Positions 1-12,053 of a stretch of 64,000 bases of DNA are shown here, piece after piece; within the stretch, counting starts at the first letter, position 1, and the number at the start of each line of letters is the position of its first letter. Where the stretch lies: assembly GCA_002269645.1 (NCBI GenBank), contig NIVC01000390.1:539516-603515 (forward strand), written 5' to 3'. A program made the translations under genes and the position numbers. The notes beneath the pieces were generated by a model. The model was not told the origin of the DNA, ran no database searches, and saw nothing but the letters and a program-made list of their open reading frames with translations. Source of the DNA: Macrostomum lignano. Its lineage: Eukaryota.

Positions 1-285
1 ACTGGTTTAGGTTCGCCGTTTATCGAGTTCATAAATAAACTGATGCTGCTTCGCATCGGGTTATTCAGAGATCTGTTTTCTTACTGCAAGCAAAACATTT
101 TCACACCCTAGAGTTTCACATCCGATAGTCCGATGATCTATGAACTTGCATGTAAAAATTATAGCAAGAGCACACAATCTGACTCGCGGTAAATTGAAAT
201 TGACTTTTTTAATGGAATTGGAATCCGAGCAACATGTACTCTATCACAATCTATATGTACATGTATATCTCGAAATGGTTTATCG

Positions 286-550
286 TCGGAGTGACTGGCT
301 GCGCCGGAGTGACTGGCTGTGTCGGAGTGACTGGTTGTGCCGGAGTGACTGGCGGAGTGACTGGCTGTGTTGGAGTGACTGGCTGTGTCGGAGTGACTGG
401 CTGTTCCCGGAGTGACTGGCTGTGCTGGAGTGACTGGCTGTGCCGGAGTGACTAGCTGTGCCGGAGTGACTAGCTGTGCCGCAGTGACTGTCCCGGATCG
501 AGTGACAGCTGTCTGTCCCGAAGTGACTGGCTGTGCACGGAGTGACTGTC
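286..550. repeat. ~18-bp minisatellite (GGAGTGACTGGCTGTGTC)
   Basis: Direct tandem copies visible; it explains the RSDWLC/GVTGCV ORFs. Confidence 0.9.
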
Positions 551-1171
551 TGTTCTATTCTCTGTCCTAATCTGTCTGATCTGTTCTAGGACTGGTCGAG
601 CGCTCCATTTTATGATTGATTTTTACATGACCAATTTTACCCTTTTATGACTGATGATGATGCTGATGTTATGATTCATTGTGCCATTAAAAGACCGATA
701 ATACCATCATACCCTCGTGACTGACAGTGCTTTGGCACCGTCTGTGTGCTCCATTATTGCGCCTGATGTAACACCCGGTGAGTACTGTTGCACAATTTAC
801 ATGTACGTATAAGTCGGAACGGTTTTGATAAATTAGACAAAGTTCTAATTGAATAGTTGCAAAATAAACTTTAGAAGTACGAGGCTCAATAGGTTTACAT
901 ACATCTACGTTTTCAAGAAATGATTGTTAGGTGAAGTGTGGCATGACTAAAAGCTTGTTCAAAGCTCGAACTACATGTAAGTCACTTTATATTGCTTCAT
1001 TCTTCCATATACATGTACTTATGGTAATGGAAGGTAAATTATATAAAGCGAGAATTTAACCTAATGGCCAAGGTCCAGTAGGCAATATTATTGCACTTGC
1101 AAGAAGCGAACTCGTACCTTGGTCATTACCTTAAATATTCTCGCTTTAAATATTTAACCTTCCATTGATTT

Positions 1172-1484
1172 GAGGTTGCATTCACAAGCTCGAACTTTCA
1201 CAACGTCAAAAGCAAATGATTTCACAAGGTCGAAATTTTGCGTCGAAAAACTCGAATGGCAGTGCAGTCACTTTCACAATGTCGAAACTTCATAAAACTC
1301 GAAATTTCACGACTAACAAGAACCATTCGGTACTAAAGTGTTTCGGTGGGGTGAAATTTTGAGCTTGAGATTGAGAAGTGTAATTCGATCGAGTTTCGAT
1401 GCTATGAAGCTCTGACCTAGTGAACAAGGAATTGGTTCGATTGGCATAGACGACGTTGTGAAATTTCGAGTTTGTGAAGCCCCC
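1172..1484. mobile_element. MITE-like inverted-repeat element
   Basis: TTCACAAGCTCGAACTTTCACAACGTC (1181-1207) is the near-perfect reverse complement of GACGTTGTGAAATTTCGAGTTTGTGAA (1452-1478). Internal partial copies of the motif; ATTT on both flanks. Confidence 0.55.
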
Positions 1485-3575
1485 ATTTATTGATTGACTA
1501 CAACCCAGGTGATTGAGTAGCGCCCTTCTTACCTAGCCTTTACTACGTAACCTAATAATTTAGGCTATGTCAGATTCTATAAAATGCGGCCCCATATCCC
1601 AACCCAGCGAGAAGTGCTAGCTTCTGACTTTGTGGGACAGCTGATGAATAAGCAGGGTATCTTATATATTATTCTAACTTCAAGCTGCATTATTCAGATG
1701 CCGACTCATGCTTCAAGACAGTGATTTTGCCATATTCGTGTATTTAAGATCGCGCGTGTCACTTGACTGCAGTCATAAAAGTTCATTAAAGTTTATAAAA
1801 TGAAGCGACATCCAACAAATGTGAAATGTATGGGGTTTTAGGCCTATCAACTTTTCGGTAGGTCCAAGCCTAATTCTTAGGTTCGGCTTTGTACACTATT
1901 TTTATTGGTAATTCGATCTATTTTAAGTGGCCAGCGCGCTAGCAGTTAATAGGCAGACCTACTTAAATTTAAATTCGTCAGTTAAAAACAACAAAGTTGG
2001 TTTCGCTAACACCTCTTCTGAATAAAAGCAATGCTTGTAACAAAATAGAGTCAAAATTAATGACTACAAGTTTTCTATCTTGAATAAAATGCTTAGAAAC
2101 TTTACCTCATAAGATTTTCGTTTTCGTTTTCGTTTTCAGCTGGAAAGCATGCTCAACTCTTGAAACTTAACTATAGGCACTCGCCCCCTGCATCAGGAAT
2201 CCATCAAATTGGATAAAATCAACATGCTGAACACGTGAAACGTGGACGTCATAGGATACAGTATTATAGTACAGTCAATATCTGAATTAGACTAGGCCTC
2301 CAGAAAAGTTTTGCGGCTATAACATTGTTAAAAAAATGCAAAACTTTAACTTTATAGGTTAATTAGATAGCTTGTCTAGACATATAGTATTATTAAATTA
2401 GGAATTTAGAATATTTGGATTAGGCCTACAAAACCTATTGTATTTTCAACTTAAAAACGCTTTCATACTGCATTGTGCCTATTAGACGCAGTGATCATTT
2501 TTGCCTACTTACTATCAGAAAGTATAGTAAGTTTTATACTAAATCAGATAGACCTACTAAAAAATGAAAACTTCTATATAACTAAACCTGAAAATTTTCT
2601 ATGTATGTATATACATAATCGATTTTAAAAGAAATTTATCCACCCAATTTTTTTCAAACTTTTTTTTTACTATTCAATTAGAAATTCTTGTAAATTGGTA
2701 CAGTTTTCTTGGCTAAGAGATTGCTCCATTATAAAAGGATAAAATATTCAAAAAACATGCTTTTTGCAAAGGTCAAGCAGATTTTTTTGACTTGAAGTGT
2801 ATTGTAAAATGCTAAAGAAAAAACTGACTGGCAAATTCCAATTCTAAAATAGATTTAGCTACACTAGGCTTTTTGGCATAACTATGGTTTCGTTTGTTAT
2901 ATTATTTTATTTAAAAAAGTGACAAGTTATTAGAGATTACAACAAACCGTACTTGGAGAAGTTCAAATTAGAGTTCGAAGTCACGAGAAAGATAATTAGA
3001 GGGGATAATAATGTGACACCCAGTAGAGAAAGTTGCCAAACTCATTCCGTGGATATAGACGGCATCACAGAAATTCCTACAGATGAGTTTCAAATAGACC
3101 ATCACTTGTCCCATACATGTTGCAAAACTTCGCCTTGCAATGCGCCCATGTTCCCTTGATACCAGTGTGTGGATCATGTATCCCTGTATGCCGGAACAAA
3201 TTCAGGCGTCAAGGACTTTGTACGCCAGTGTACACCAGCCAGGTTCCAGTTTTACGCCAGTAGAGTGACCGGGGGGGGTCGGGGGTGTACCACTGCGGAT
3301 CCGACAACAAAGGATTGTTTTAGGATCCTAACCCTAACCCCCTAACCCTAAAGATGTTTCTTTCACTTTTCACAGTATTTGCCATAACTTAGATTCATAT
3401 GGCATTTTTATTATACTTAAAAATCTTTTTTTTAAATTGGCAACTGGCATGGGGAAATGAAGTTGCCAGATTGGCTTCTGATGCCAAAAATCCAATTGCC
3501 AATGACATTTTCAAGGGACCAAGAAACCCCATATGGCCCAAAAAATAAATCCAGGTGACAAAACTATTAAAAGTG

Positions 3576-4432
3576 TTAAGTAGCCTCAGGTGCCGCGCAG
3601 ACGAAGTCGCACTTCGAGGTCTCCTTCTTGCGCCTGTCGAGTACCTTGCTGACCGTGTAGGTTGTAGCACGCCCACTCGTAAAAAAGGTAACCGGTGCCT
3701 CCGGCTGGGGGTGTCGCCATAGCCTTTTAGATATAGCGGAACAGCATTGTCCAGCAGGCGCTCGCACGCGTCGCTGCCTAGCGGCGGCAGCATCCAGCAG
3801 AGCCTGGTCTGCAGCTGCAGGGTGTCGTTAGACTGATGACCATGCTGCTGCTGGGACCACATCGTCGCATAGAAGGACTCCGCGATGGCCTCTGAAAAAG
3901 CATATGGTTTTTAGGGTGCTGCCTTTACAAAAGGGTACCAAAACAATAAGCTAATAAGGGACTTAGTCATTGATCATAGATCATTTTTCTTATTTCTTTA
4001 AGTCGCAGTGCCGTATATTGTTACACTGAATTCCACGTTAGCCAACTGTTACGGATCTGTACTAAAACGAAATACTTCTGACCATGGGAACTTAGTGCAG
4101 TGCAATGCGCGCATGTATCGGTTAGCTACTGTAAGCCAAAATAATGAAAACTGCAAAGTCTCATTCACCAGTGCCGCCCCGATTGAGCGCAAAGTCTAGT
4201 AGCGTACACGACTGCTGGCAGTGCGGCGGAACACGCGGGGATCGACATAAAATGACTTTATAACTTTCTCCTCGTTGAGGGTAATGTTGAAGTCCACCCC
4301 GGCATCCGTCTTGCCTGCCAGCCGCAGCTTCATATCCGCTGGGCTGCGCGCCAGGGCCAGGCGCAGCTGCGAAATAGGGCCCTCGACATCGGGCTCTAGC
4401 CAGCCCTCCCGGCCCTCTCCAGAGCAAATGAC
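3576..4432 (-). CDS. Two exons of an unidentified protein-coding gene (upstream exons not located)
   Basis: GC3-rich open frames. Exon ~4432-4213 follows a CATCAG acceptor (VICSGEG...FYVDPRVFRRTAS). Exon from 3891 follows a CTTTTTCAG acceptor (AIAESFYATMWSQ...). The best-coding frame appears to switch near 3690-3740 and ends ...KKETSKCDFVCAAPEAT* at 3576. Confidence 0.45.
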
Positions 4433-5394
4433 CTGATGGTGTGGTACAGGTTTTGTGGGTTGATCAAGGCTTGATAGTGTTTGTATAAACTGTTGGGTCC
4501 TGGGGGTCCACAAAATAGAGCCAGTGGTTTATAGATGCGTGATTTGGCAGTGTATTGTATGCAGCCCAACCATCCATTTTGAAACATCCGTTTTGAAATT
4601 TAAAATGAAAAATAATATAATGAATGAAACCATAGTTATGCCAGCTTTTTATTTATTCTGTTTATTGGCTAAATTAGACACTAAATTGAATTGCATCACA
4701 GTGTTAAAAACACAATGTGAAAGCATAGCACTGGCACCAGACTTGATTTAGATTGTGTAACTATATTATTGTCAACTTAATAGAGACAATTACCAAATTG
4801 CCTAAGCAATTGATTATATTATAACTGACTTAGTGTGAGTATTGAATTATAAGTGTTTAATAGTGCTACAAATTCATTGTATCTATCTATTTGTCTGTCT
4901 ATTTGTCTGTTTGTTCAGTTTGCTTATCCCATTATCCTTAGCATTTCTGCCCAGTTACTATCTGGTAATTTTCTAAAAGCAGGATTTTGGCTAAGTTGGA
5001 AAAGGTAGGACTCAGTCTGTAGGGCCACCCAGCCTAGTCTCAGCCTCATCTTAAGTGGGTGCATAGTCTTCCTATGGCTGACAAAAAACTGGCAAAAAAA
5101 GTTTGAGCAGTGGATAGCAGTAAGGCAAAGATAGCCAAGTAGTGAGAGCTCAGTTTGTTTAAGACAAAAGGCGTGATAGGCTAGGCTTCTCAACAGAGTT
5201 TGGGTTAGCTGTTGCCAAGGGATGCTGGCCCTTGAGAGAGCTAGAGGTGAGAGCTAGAGATTAGATTAGCCTAGAGGTGATTAGGCTGAACTGATAATGC
5301 AGCAATATGGGTTCAAATTTTTAGAGCATCAAGTTTTATGTAATGCAAAAATTAAAAAGAACATTATGTAATACACAAAAGAAGCGTCATGTCA

Positions 5395-5650
5395 AGCATT
5401 AAATAAGCGTCATATTAGGCAATAAATAAGTGTCATGTCAGGCATAAAGTAAGCCTCATGTCAAGCATAAAATAAGCATCATGTTAGGAATTAAATAAGT
5501 ATCATATCAAGCACTAAATAAGTGTCATGTTAGGCATTAAATAAGCATAATGTCAGGCATAGGATAGACAATGTTAACATTACATAAAAAGAGCATCATG
5601 TAAAAAATAAAAGAAGTCCTATATAAAAAAGAAGTGTAATGTAAAACATA
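5395..5650. repeat. Degenerate ~22-bp AT-rich tandem repeat (AATAAGCATCATGTCAGGCATT-like)
   Basis: Recurrent aataag...catgt motifs at ~22-bp spacing. Confidence 0.6.
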
Positions 5651-6199
5651 AAGCATCATTTGAAATAGTGCTACAACTCTTGGGAGACATCATAGGGAGA
5701 CAATAGCTGTCTAAGGTTGCTTATTATATATCGTGGCTGCTTGCTCTTGGGAGATGCTTGCTTAGGGGAATTGTTAAGATATCAAGACTTACTGCAAGGG
5801 AGTTCCTGAGATGGCTAGGCTCATTGGGGGAATTGCTAAGTTGTTTCAATCAAATAGTTTATTCACTCAAATCAACTATTTGAGTGATTTATGGACTTTT
5901 ACATGAGTATTTTGGGGATTCCTTGACATTGTAAGGGACATTTCTGATTTATAAAAAACAAGCTGTTGAAACCCGCGGATTTTGAACCCGGGGAATTCCA
6001 ATACCCGGAACTACTTTTGCATGTATTCTGAAATCTAAGGCCATACACAAACAAAAACTTGTTAATAGTTAGTAGGATAGAGGTAGACATAAAATGGAGC
6101 ACATTCGTGTAAAATTAGGGTTTGAGACATTGTTGGCTGGGGTACTGCGCAGAATGTCAGGCAATGTCTGTCTGACTCTAAAACATATATTGCTAAACT

Positions 6200-6627
6200 C
6201 TGGTCTCTCCTTGACTCTCCCTACGTCCCTTGGATCCTTTAAAATTTCTATCGTCTCTTTGTTTAATTCCTCTTATCTCTCTCGTCCCTCGTCTCTCCTC
6301 TCTCCTCTCTCCCCTCTTCTCTCGTATCTTCCCTCATCTCTCTTCTCTTTCATTTCTCTTATCTCATCTCTTGTCTCTTCTTTTCTCTCTCCTCTCTACT
6401 TTTTCATTTTCTCTCTTCTCTCTCCCCCTCTCCTCTCTCCTCTCACCCCCTCTTCTCTCTTATCTTCCTTCTCCTTTCTATTTCTTTTCTCTCTTCTCTT
6501 AACTCTCTCATCTCTCCCCTCTTCTCTCGTCTCTTCCCGCACCTCTTTTCTCTCTCGTCTTTGCTCTCTCATCTTTCCTTTCTCTTCTTTTTATCTTTTC
6601 TCTCTTATCTCTTCTCATTTCTCTCTG

Positions 6628-6714
<87 letters not shown>

Positions 6715-7420
6715 GTCTTTCTTATCTCTCCTCCTCTCTCTACTCTCTCCCCTCTCCATTCTCCTCTTTCCTCTCCTCTCTTCTCACTCACTTCTCTACC
6801 TTTGTCTCTCCTCTCTCCTCTCGTCTCTGTAACCTCTCCTCTGTTCTCTCTACTCTCCCATCTTTTATCTGTTCACTCTCGTCTCTGCTCTCTCATCCCC
6901 CTCTTTAATCTGGCATCTCTGTCTTATATGTTCTCTCACCTCTCTCCTCTGTACTCTTTTCTTTCCCCTCTTTTGACTCCTCACTTTCCTTTCTCCTTTC
7001 TTCTTTTCTCTTCTCTTCCCTTTTCTATACTCTGTCTCCCTCTCTTCTCTCACTCCACTCTCCTCTCTCCGTTATCTCTTATCTCTCCTTCCACCTCTCT
7101 CATCTCTAGAACCTTAGAGATGTAGAGATGTATCTTTATCTCTTCTCTCTTCCCTTTACTCTCTCATCTCTTCTTTCACCTATTTCCTCTCTGCTCTCCT
7201 CTCTGCTCTCTCCTCTCTCCTCTCATCTCCAGCTCTCTGCTCTCTCATCTCTACTCTCTCCTCTCGCTTTTCCTCTCTCCCCTCTTCTCCCCTCTCTCTC
7301 ATCGTCCTCACCCCCTCATCTCTCCTATTATCTTTTATCTTTTCTTTTATCCCCTCTGTCGCCTCTCCTCTCTTCGAATCGTCTATTCCTTCTTCTTTCC
7401 ACTTTCATCTGCCCTCAGCT
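6200..7420. repeat. CT-rich polypyrimidine low-complexity tract with a pure (CT)n core at ~6632-6708
   Basis: Direct inspection; the 343-aa S/L/P/F ORF here is a compositional artefact. Confidence 0.95.
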
Positions 7421-7974
7421 ATGAGCTGGATTCTTTATCTGGCCTTTGAAGTAAAAGTCTGCCCATCCCTGCTTGGAAAGCCAGTTTGTGGGACGTAGTA
7501 CTCTCATGGTTGTTCTCATGCTTTGATCACGTCATCTTTCTTGCCAATTTGCAGCCCTGAAAGGAATTTGTGTATCTTCAGCTCCACTGCAGTCTGCATC
7601 AGTCTAACAACCAAGGAAATACGCATTTCTTAGGAGGCCATTTAAAATTTACACAGTACCTTTAAAAGAAACCTAAAATTTCCATGGTGTGCCTAGGGTT
7701 GTATTGCATTGCATCGCATCGCCTTTTCATAAATATTTCGCTTTTACAAACCATGCTAGATAGTGGATTCCCTCGATTTGCCAATTGCCATCCAGTGTTA
7801 AACTGCTGCAGAGTTTGCCAATACAGAGGGGAGGGCAGTGGTTAAAATTTCTCACTAAACTGTTATGGCTAAACGTAGCCTCTCCACTCTCGGGGTGGAA
7901 TTCCAAAACACTGTACATTTGCTATGTACATTCAGTCCTATCGCCTGACCCTTCGTCTGGCTCTGGGGCAATGA

Positions 7975-8610
7975 GTGAGTGAGTGGCACAAACAACAGAA
8001 AAAGCAGACAAACTTCACATGCTTACAGTTTCTTTTTTGGTTGAGTTACAGAGTTGAAACTTTACATTTAGATAGAGAATGGGTCAATAAAGAATTGTGT
8101 CAAGTTTGAAGTCAATCGCTTTACGTGGAGCAAACTTATGGCAGCTGAAAGTTAGTCAATTTTGAAACCCTTTTACACATCTGGGCCCAGATCGGTATCG
8201 GGAAAGAGAGGCAGGCGGGCGGAGGTTGGGGTGGCTGCCTGGCTGAAAAAACAGCCTAACTTTAAAAGTGCACACCGCCGTTCAGGATTAACTTTCAGAC
8301 TCGAAATTTTACATGATTGTGCCAAAATAGTTGAAAATTGTCTGTGTCAAATTTGAAGAGAATCGGTAGAAGTGGAGCGGCGCTATGGAGGATTTAGTGA
8401 AAAAATTGCGCATTTTGAGCAGTTTTTTGCACTTTTAGGTAGGAAGACTCAAATTTAGGAAATTAAAAGGTAGCCTAAGACATTCTCCGTAGTAAGTTTA
8501 GGGTGGGTGTAAAGTTTGGTGTCATTTGGTTGAGCAGTTTGGGAGTCCATAGCGATCAAAATTGTCCACACACACACACACAGAGTTTTGATTTTTATAG
8601 GTAGAGATAT
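7975..8610 (+). mobile_element. Possible non-autonomous Helitron/Helentron-type (HINE/DINE-like) interspersed repeat
   Basis: Three related TGTGTCAA(A/G)TTTG..TCG motifs (8096, 8342, 8508), a (CA)n tract, and a TTTTATAGGTAGAGAT end, as is typical of such invertebrate repeats. Recognised by pattern only. Confidence 0.3.
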
Positions 8611-10469
8611 ACTAAGGCAGGAGACTTTAGATAAAATAAAATAAATATTGACTAAATAAGAAAATCCTTAAGTCAATGGGAATGTAATTGACCAAGCAGA
8701 ATATTAAATGATCAAAAGGACAATTGTGACTATATTTAGGAATTATATTCATTTGTAAAGAATTTATATAGGAGGTAAAACTGTTAAATAGAATTCGGAT
8801 TGGGCCCCCCAATGGGAAGGGCAGTTATGCTAGTGTAATACTAATAATTAAAATTGCTATTTAACTTTTTTACTTAATTAATTTACTATATAAGTATTTG
8901 ATTAATTATTTTTACTCTATATATCCAATACTCAATATTTAGGAATCTTAAAGGTTAGCAAAATGGGCAGCTGCAGCTTTTTTGTAGCACTCATTTGCCA
9001 GGTCTGCCTAGCGCAAAGCAAATATTTTTTTAGTTGTTACAATGCTATAATAAGTCTTATGAAAGTGCAAGATTTTCTGTATTATTCTTTAAATTCTTTT
9101 CATCAGCATAACTTATAGAACCAATAATATGTAAAACTTGGCTATTAAACCTACAAGATGATAAAATAATCAGATTTACAACCAAAGTAGTCATAAATAT
9201 TAATAGATTTTTTGAAACTTGCCAATGTGTAGTTTGACAGGATTTTATTATAAACATGCTAAGTTTGTTTGTTGCCTTAGGGCTTAAATAACTTCTCCCT
9301 AGAATATATATGAGGAATCAGGCTATAGACAAATGTCCCATAGGAAAAAATTCTTACAAAGAAAGTTTTTATGTATTCTAGCAAGCAAATGCATGAATGA
9401 GAAAATTTCCATTGTGTGATTTTAGTGCATTGCTTGCAAAAAGGTTGAGCACAGGTGATACACAGCATAATACCATCATTTTGAAGATAGTGACAGCATG
9501 ACTGAAGTTCAAAGTACTTTAAAAATGAGTTCACATCATAATTGTCAAATATCTTCTCAGATTGCTAGTCTATCAAGTTGCTAGAAGGTCCTCCATGTCT
9601 ATTATCAATCTCCCAATTACCTTTGGCTTTGTTGTCTTCTAGATCTGCTTGTTGCTCTTGCTGCTTAGGAGGAACACAATATATTTTTTGGCACTAGTTC
9701 TGCTATGCTACACTATATGGCATAATGATAGAACCTAGTCTATACCTTCCTTGAAGACATATAACTAACTTGAGCTTGGAGACTAGAAGTATATAATAGC
9801 CAAATACTAGGTTGCAAAAAGTATGCTTTATAAAAAAATCAGTCAACCTCCCAAAGTAAAACTATAAAAAACAAAATAGCCTATTATATGGTCTAAAAGG
9901 ATAGTAGTTGATTCTATGCAGCAATACTACAGTAGTTTTATTACTAGCAAAAGACATTGATAACACTTATACTAAGAAGGATAAGGCTAGAACAATAATT
10001 TTGCAGGCATAAAAGTGAGCAGATGATCAGGATAGAATACTAGCACTGAAGGTAGATGATCAATGATAGAATAGTAGTATGAGGGCACAGATAGAATATT
10101 GGCAAATACTTAAAAACTAAAAGTATGCCACAATAAAAAAATACTTAAGAGCTTTTTATTATAAAGCTATTATATACTTCCAATCTTACAATTTTGTAAG
10201 CTTTTGGCCTAGCTAGCTGGTTATTGTTGGGTGCATTGGCAATAGGCCTATGTCATATTTTATATTTGGTTTATATTTTAACCTTGTCTATTGATAAAAT
10301 TAATTGTAAATATAATACTACTATTAGTAGGATAGCCAAAACCTTTGTAATCAGCCTACTTTGGGTATGTCATACATAGCTTACATAGCTTACCATAGTA
10401 ATATCATTGATTTAAAAGCTAACAAACTTGCAATTGCAAATAAGCTTTAAAAACAAAACTGTATCAATC

Positions 10470-11060
10470 AATAATATAATGTCTCCTAATATCAGTCATC
10501 CTCTCACAGTGCTTATACAGCTATTTTTCCTCAGCTTGCTTTTTCCTCTAGCTGCTAGAATTAATGCAATAGCCTACTTGACCTCTTAATGGTTTGCAAA
10601 ATTCTTCTTTGAAAAGTTAGCCTTTAGACATTTGAATAGAAATCCATTGCACAAGTTAAAGTCTAGGCTATGGGGACTCTGCCTAGTCCCTAGATTTACT
10701 TGTAGTCTAAGTAGAAAATCTAAAATAGCCTTCGTATAGGTGAGCAACTAGGCCTACACATTGTTTATCTATCATAAAACCTCATTCAATTAAATTATAT
10801 TTGATTAAAGAGTACATTAAAAGTCCTTAGTATGCTAGCTAAATTGGATACTAAAGTACTAAGTATTGACCTTAGTGTTTAATAAAGTTATGGAGATGGA
10901 GACTTGGGTATTCTCTGGCTATAAATAGCACAATTTAGTCAAAATTGGCCTGAAATCTTTAGCTCTTAGCCAATAGTGATAGTCTCTTTTGTCATCTGAC
11001 TCATCTAGGACTAGGTATAACCAGATTTTATCTTTAACAACAATAACAACAACCTAAATA
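10470..11060 (-). pseudogene. Hypermutated Tc1/mariner-type transposase remnant
   Basis: One unbroken minus-strand frame reads IVVKDKIWLY (cf. IVTGDETW; D codon 11030-11032) ... **INNV*A* (cf. QDNARPH) ... SPHSLDFNLCNGFLFKCLK (cf. PYSPDLxPxDxxLF.xLK) ... NH*EVK*AI, with ~13 in-frame stops. Confidence 0.7.
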
Positions 11061-12053
11061 GCAATTTTGGATCATTGTTCATTGCTATTGAACATCTTCT
11101 AGATCTGCTTTGTGCAAGTGTCTTGTTGAAATTCTTAGTGATTTTTGTTAGTTACTATATTGGAATAACTGCTTGTATGATGTACAACCATCTGTTCTAC
11201 AAAGTTGTTAAATTTTGGTTCCATGCTGCAATACTGCAAAATTAATTATATTTATATACAACATTTACTGTCTAAGCAATAAGCATAATGTTTATAAACC
11301 TGTGCCACATATCTGTAGGATCTGAAATTGTATTTCAATAGATATTAATTACATTTTACTAGTTATTAGTTACATTGTGCAGCAAGGCAAAATCAAGTCC
11401 TTAAAAAGGCTTGAAAGCACAAAGTGTTCTTCCTATTTCTTTATGGTGTCATTGGCTTTGTCATAGTGTAGCTTGTATAGGCATCTGGTGCACTTAAGCC
11501 ATAAACTTCAATAAAGGTAGAAATTTCTAGAATTACAATACAATGCATGCTACTACAGCAGCAGTCCCTTTACCAAAGATAAAGTCCAAATAAGAAAAGA
11601 ACTTTCACAAAATCCAAATGAATGATTAATGATTAATAAATGGTTCATTATTATTGGTACATATAGTCAGTCAGCCAGCCAGCCAGATGGCTCTAAGCAA
11701 AGGAGGGGTTCACTGGCTTTGAAGCCTTATCTCTGATTGAGCAGCACCTTGCCATTGCCACTGTCTTGCTCTCTCTATATAACAAATAAATTGTGCTTCT
11801 TCTCCTTGCCTTCTTAACTTAGACTTGCCCAGTATATGTGAGCTGCCAAACTGGTGAATGCAATGTGATCCAAACATACAACCTTTGTCATGCAGCCACC
11901 AAAAGATTCAATTTTAGTTTTGTCATCAATTTTTCCATTGACCAATGTTTTTGTTTTAATCTGGCTCGTTAATGTCTGAAATTGAAATTTAATTATGTTG
12001 ATTAGATTCACAAATGTAGAAAGTTCAATTTTTCACCTTGCTGATTGCTAAAA

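Noticed and set aside
3325-3352. CCTAACCCTAACCCCCTAACCCTAA as an interstitial telomere
   Set aside because: Only about four imperfect units, which is common inside invertebrate repeats and too short to support the call.
4290-4330. Assignment as tRNA pseudouridine synthase (TruA/PUS1)
   Set aside because: Only a 7-residue resemblance (GKTDAGV); the conserved following His and the other TruA motifs were not found.
6094-7125. 343-aa ORF and overlapping ORFs
   Set aside because: Translation of a CT-rich low-complexity tract; no domain content.
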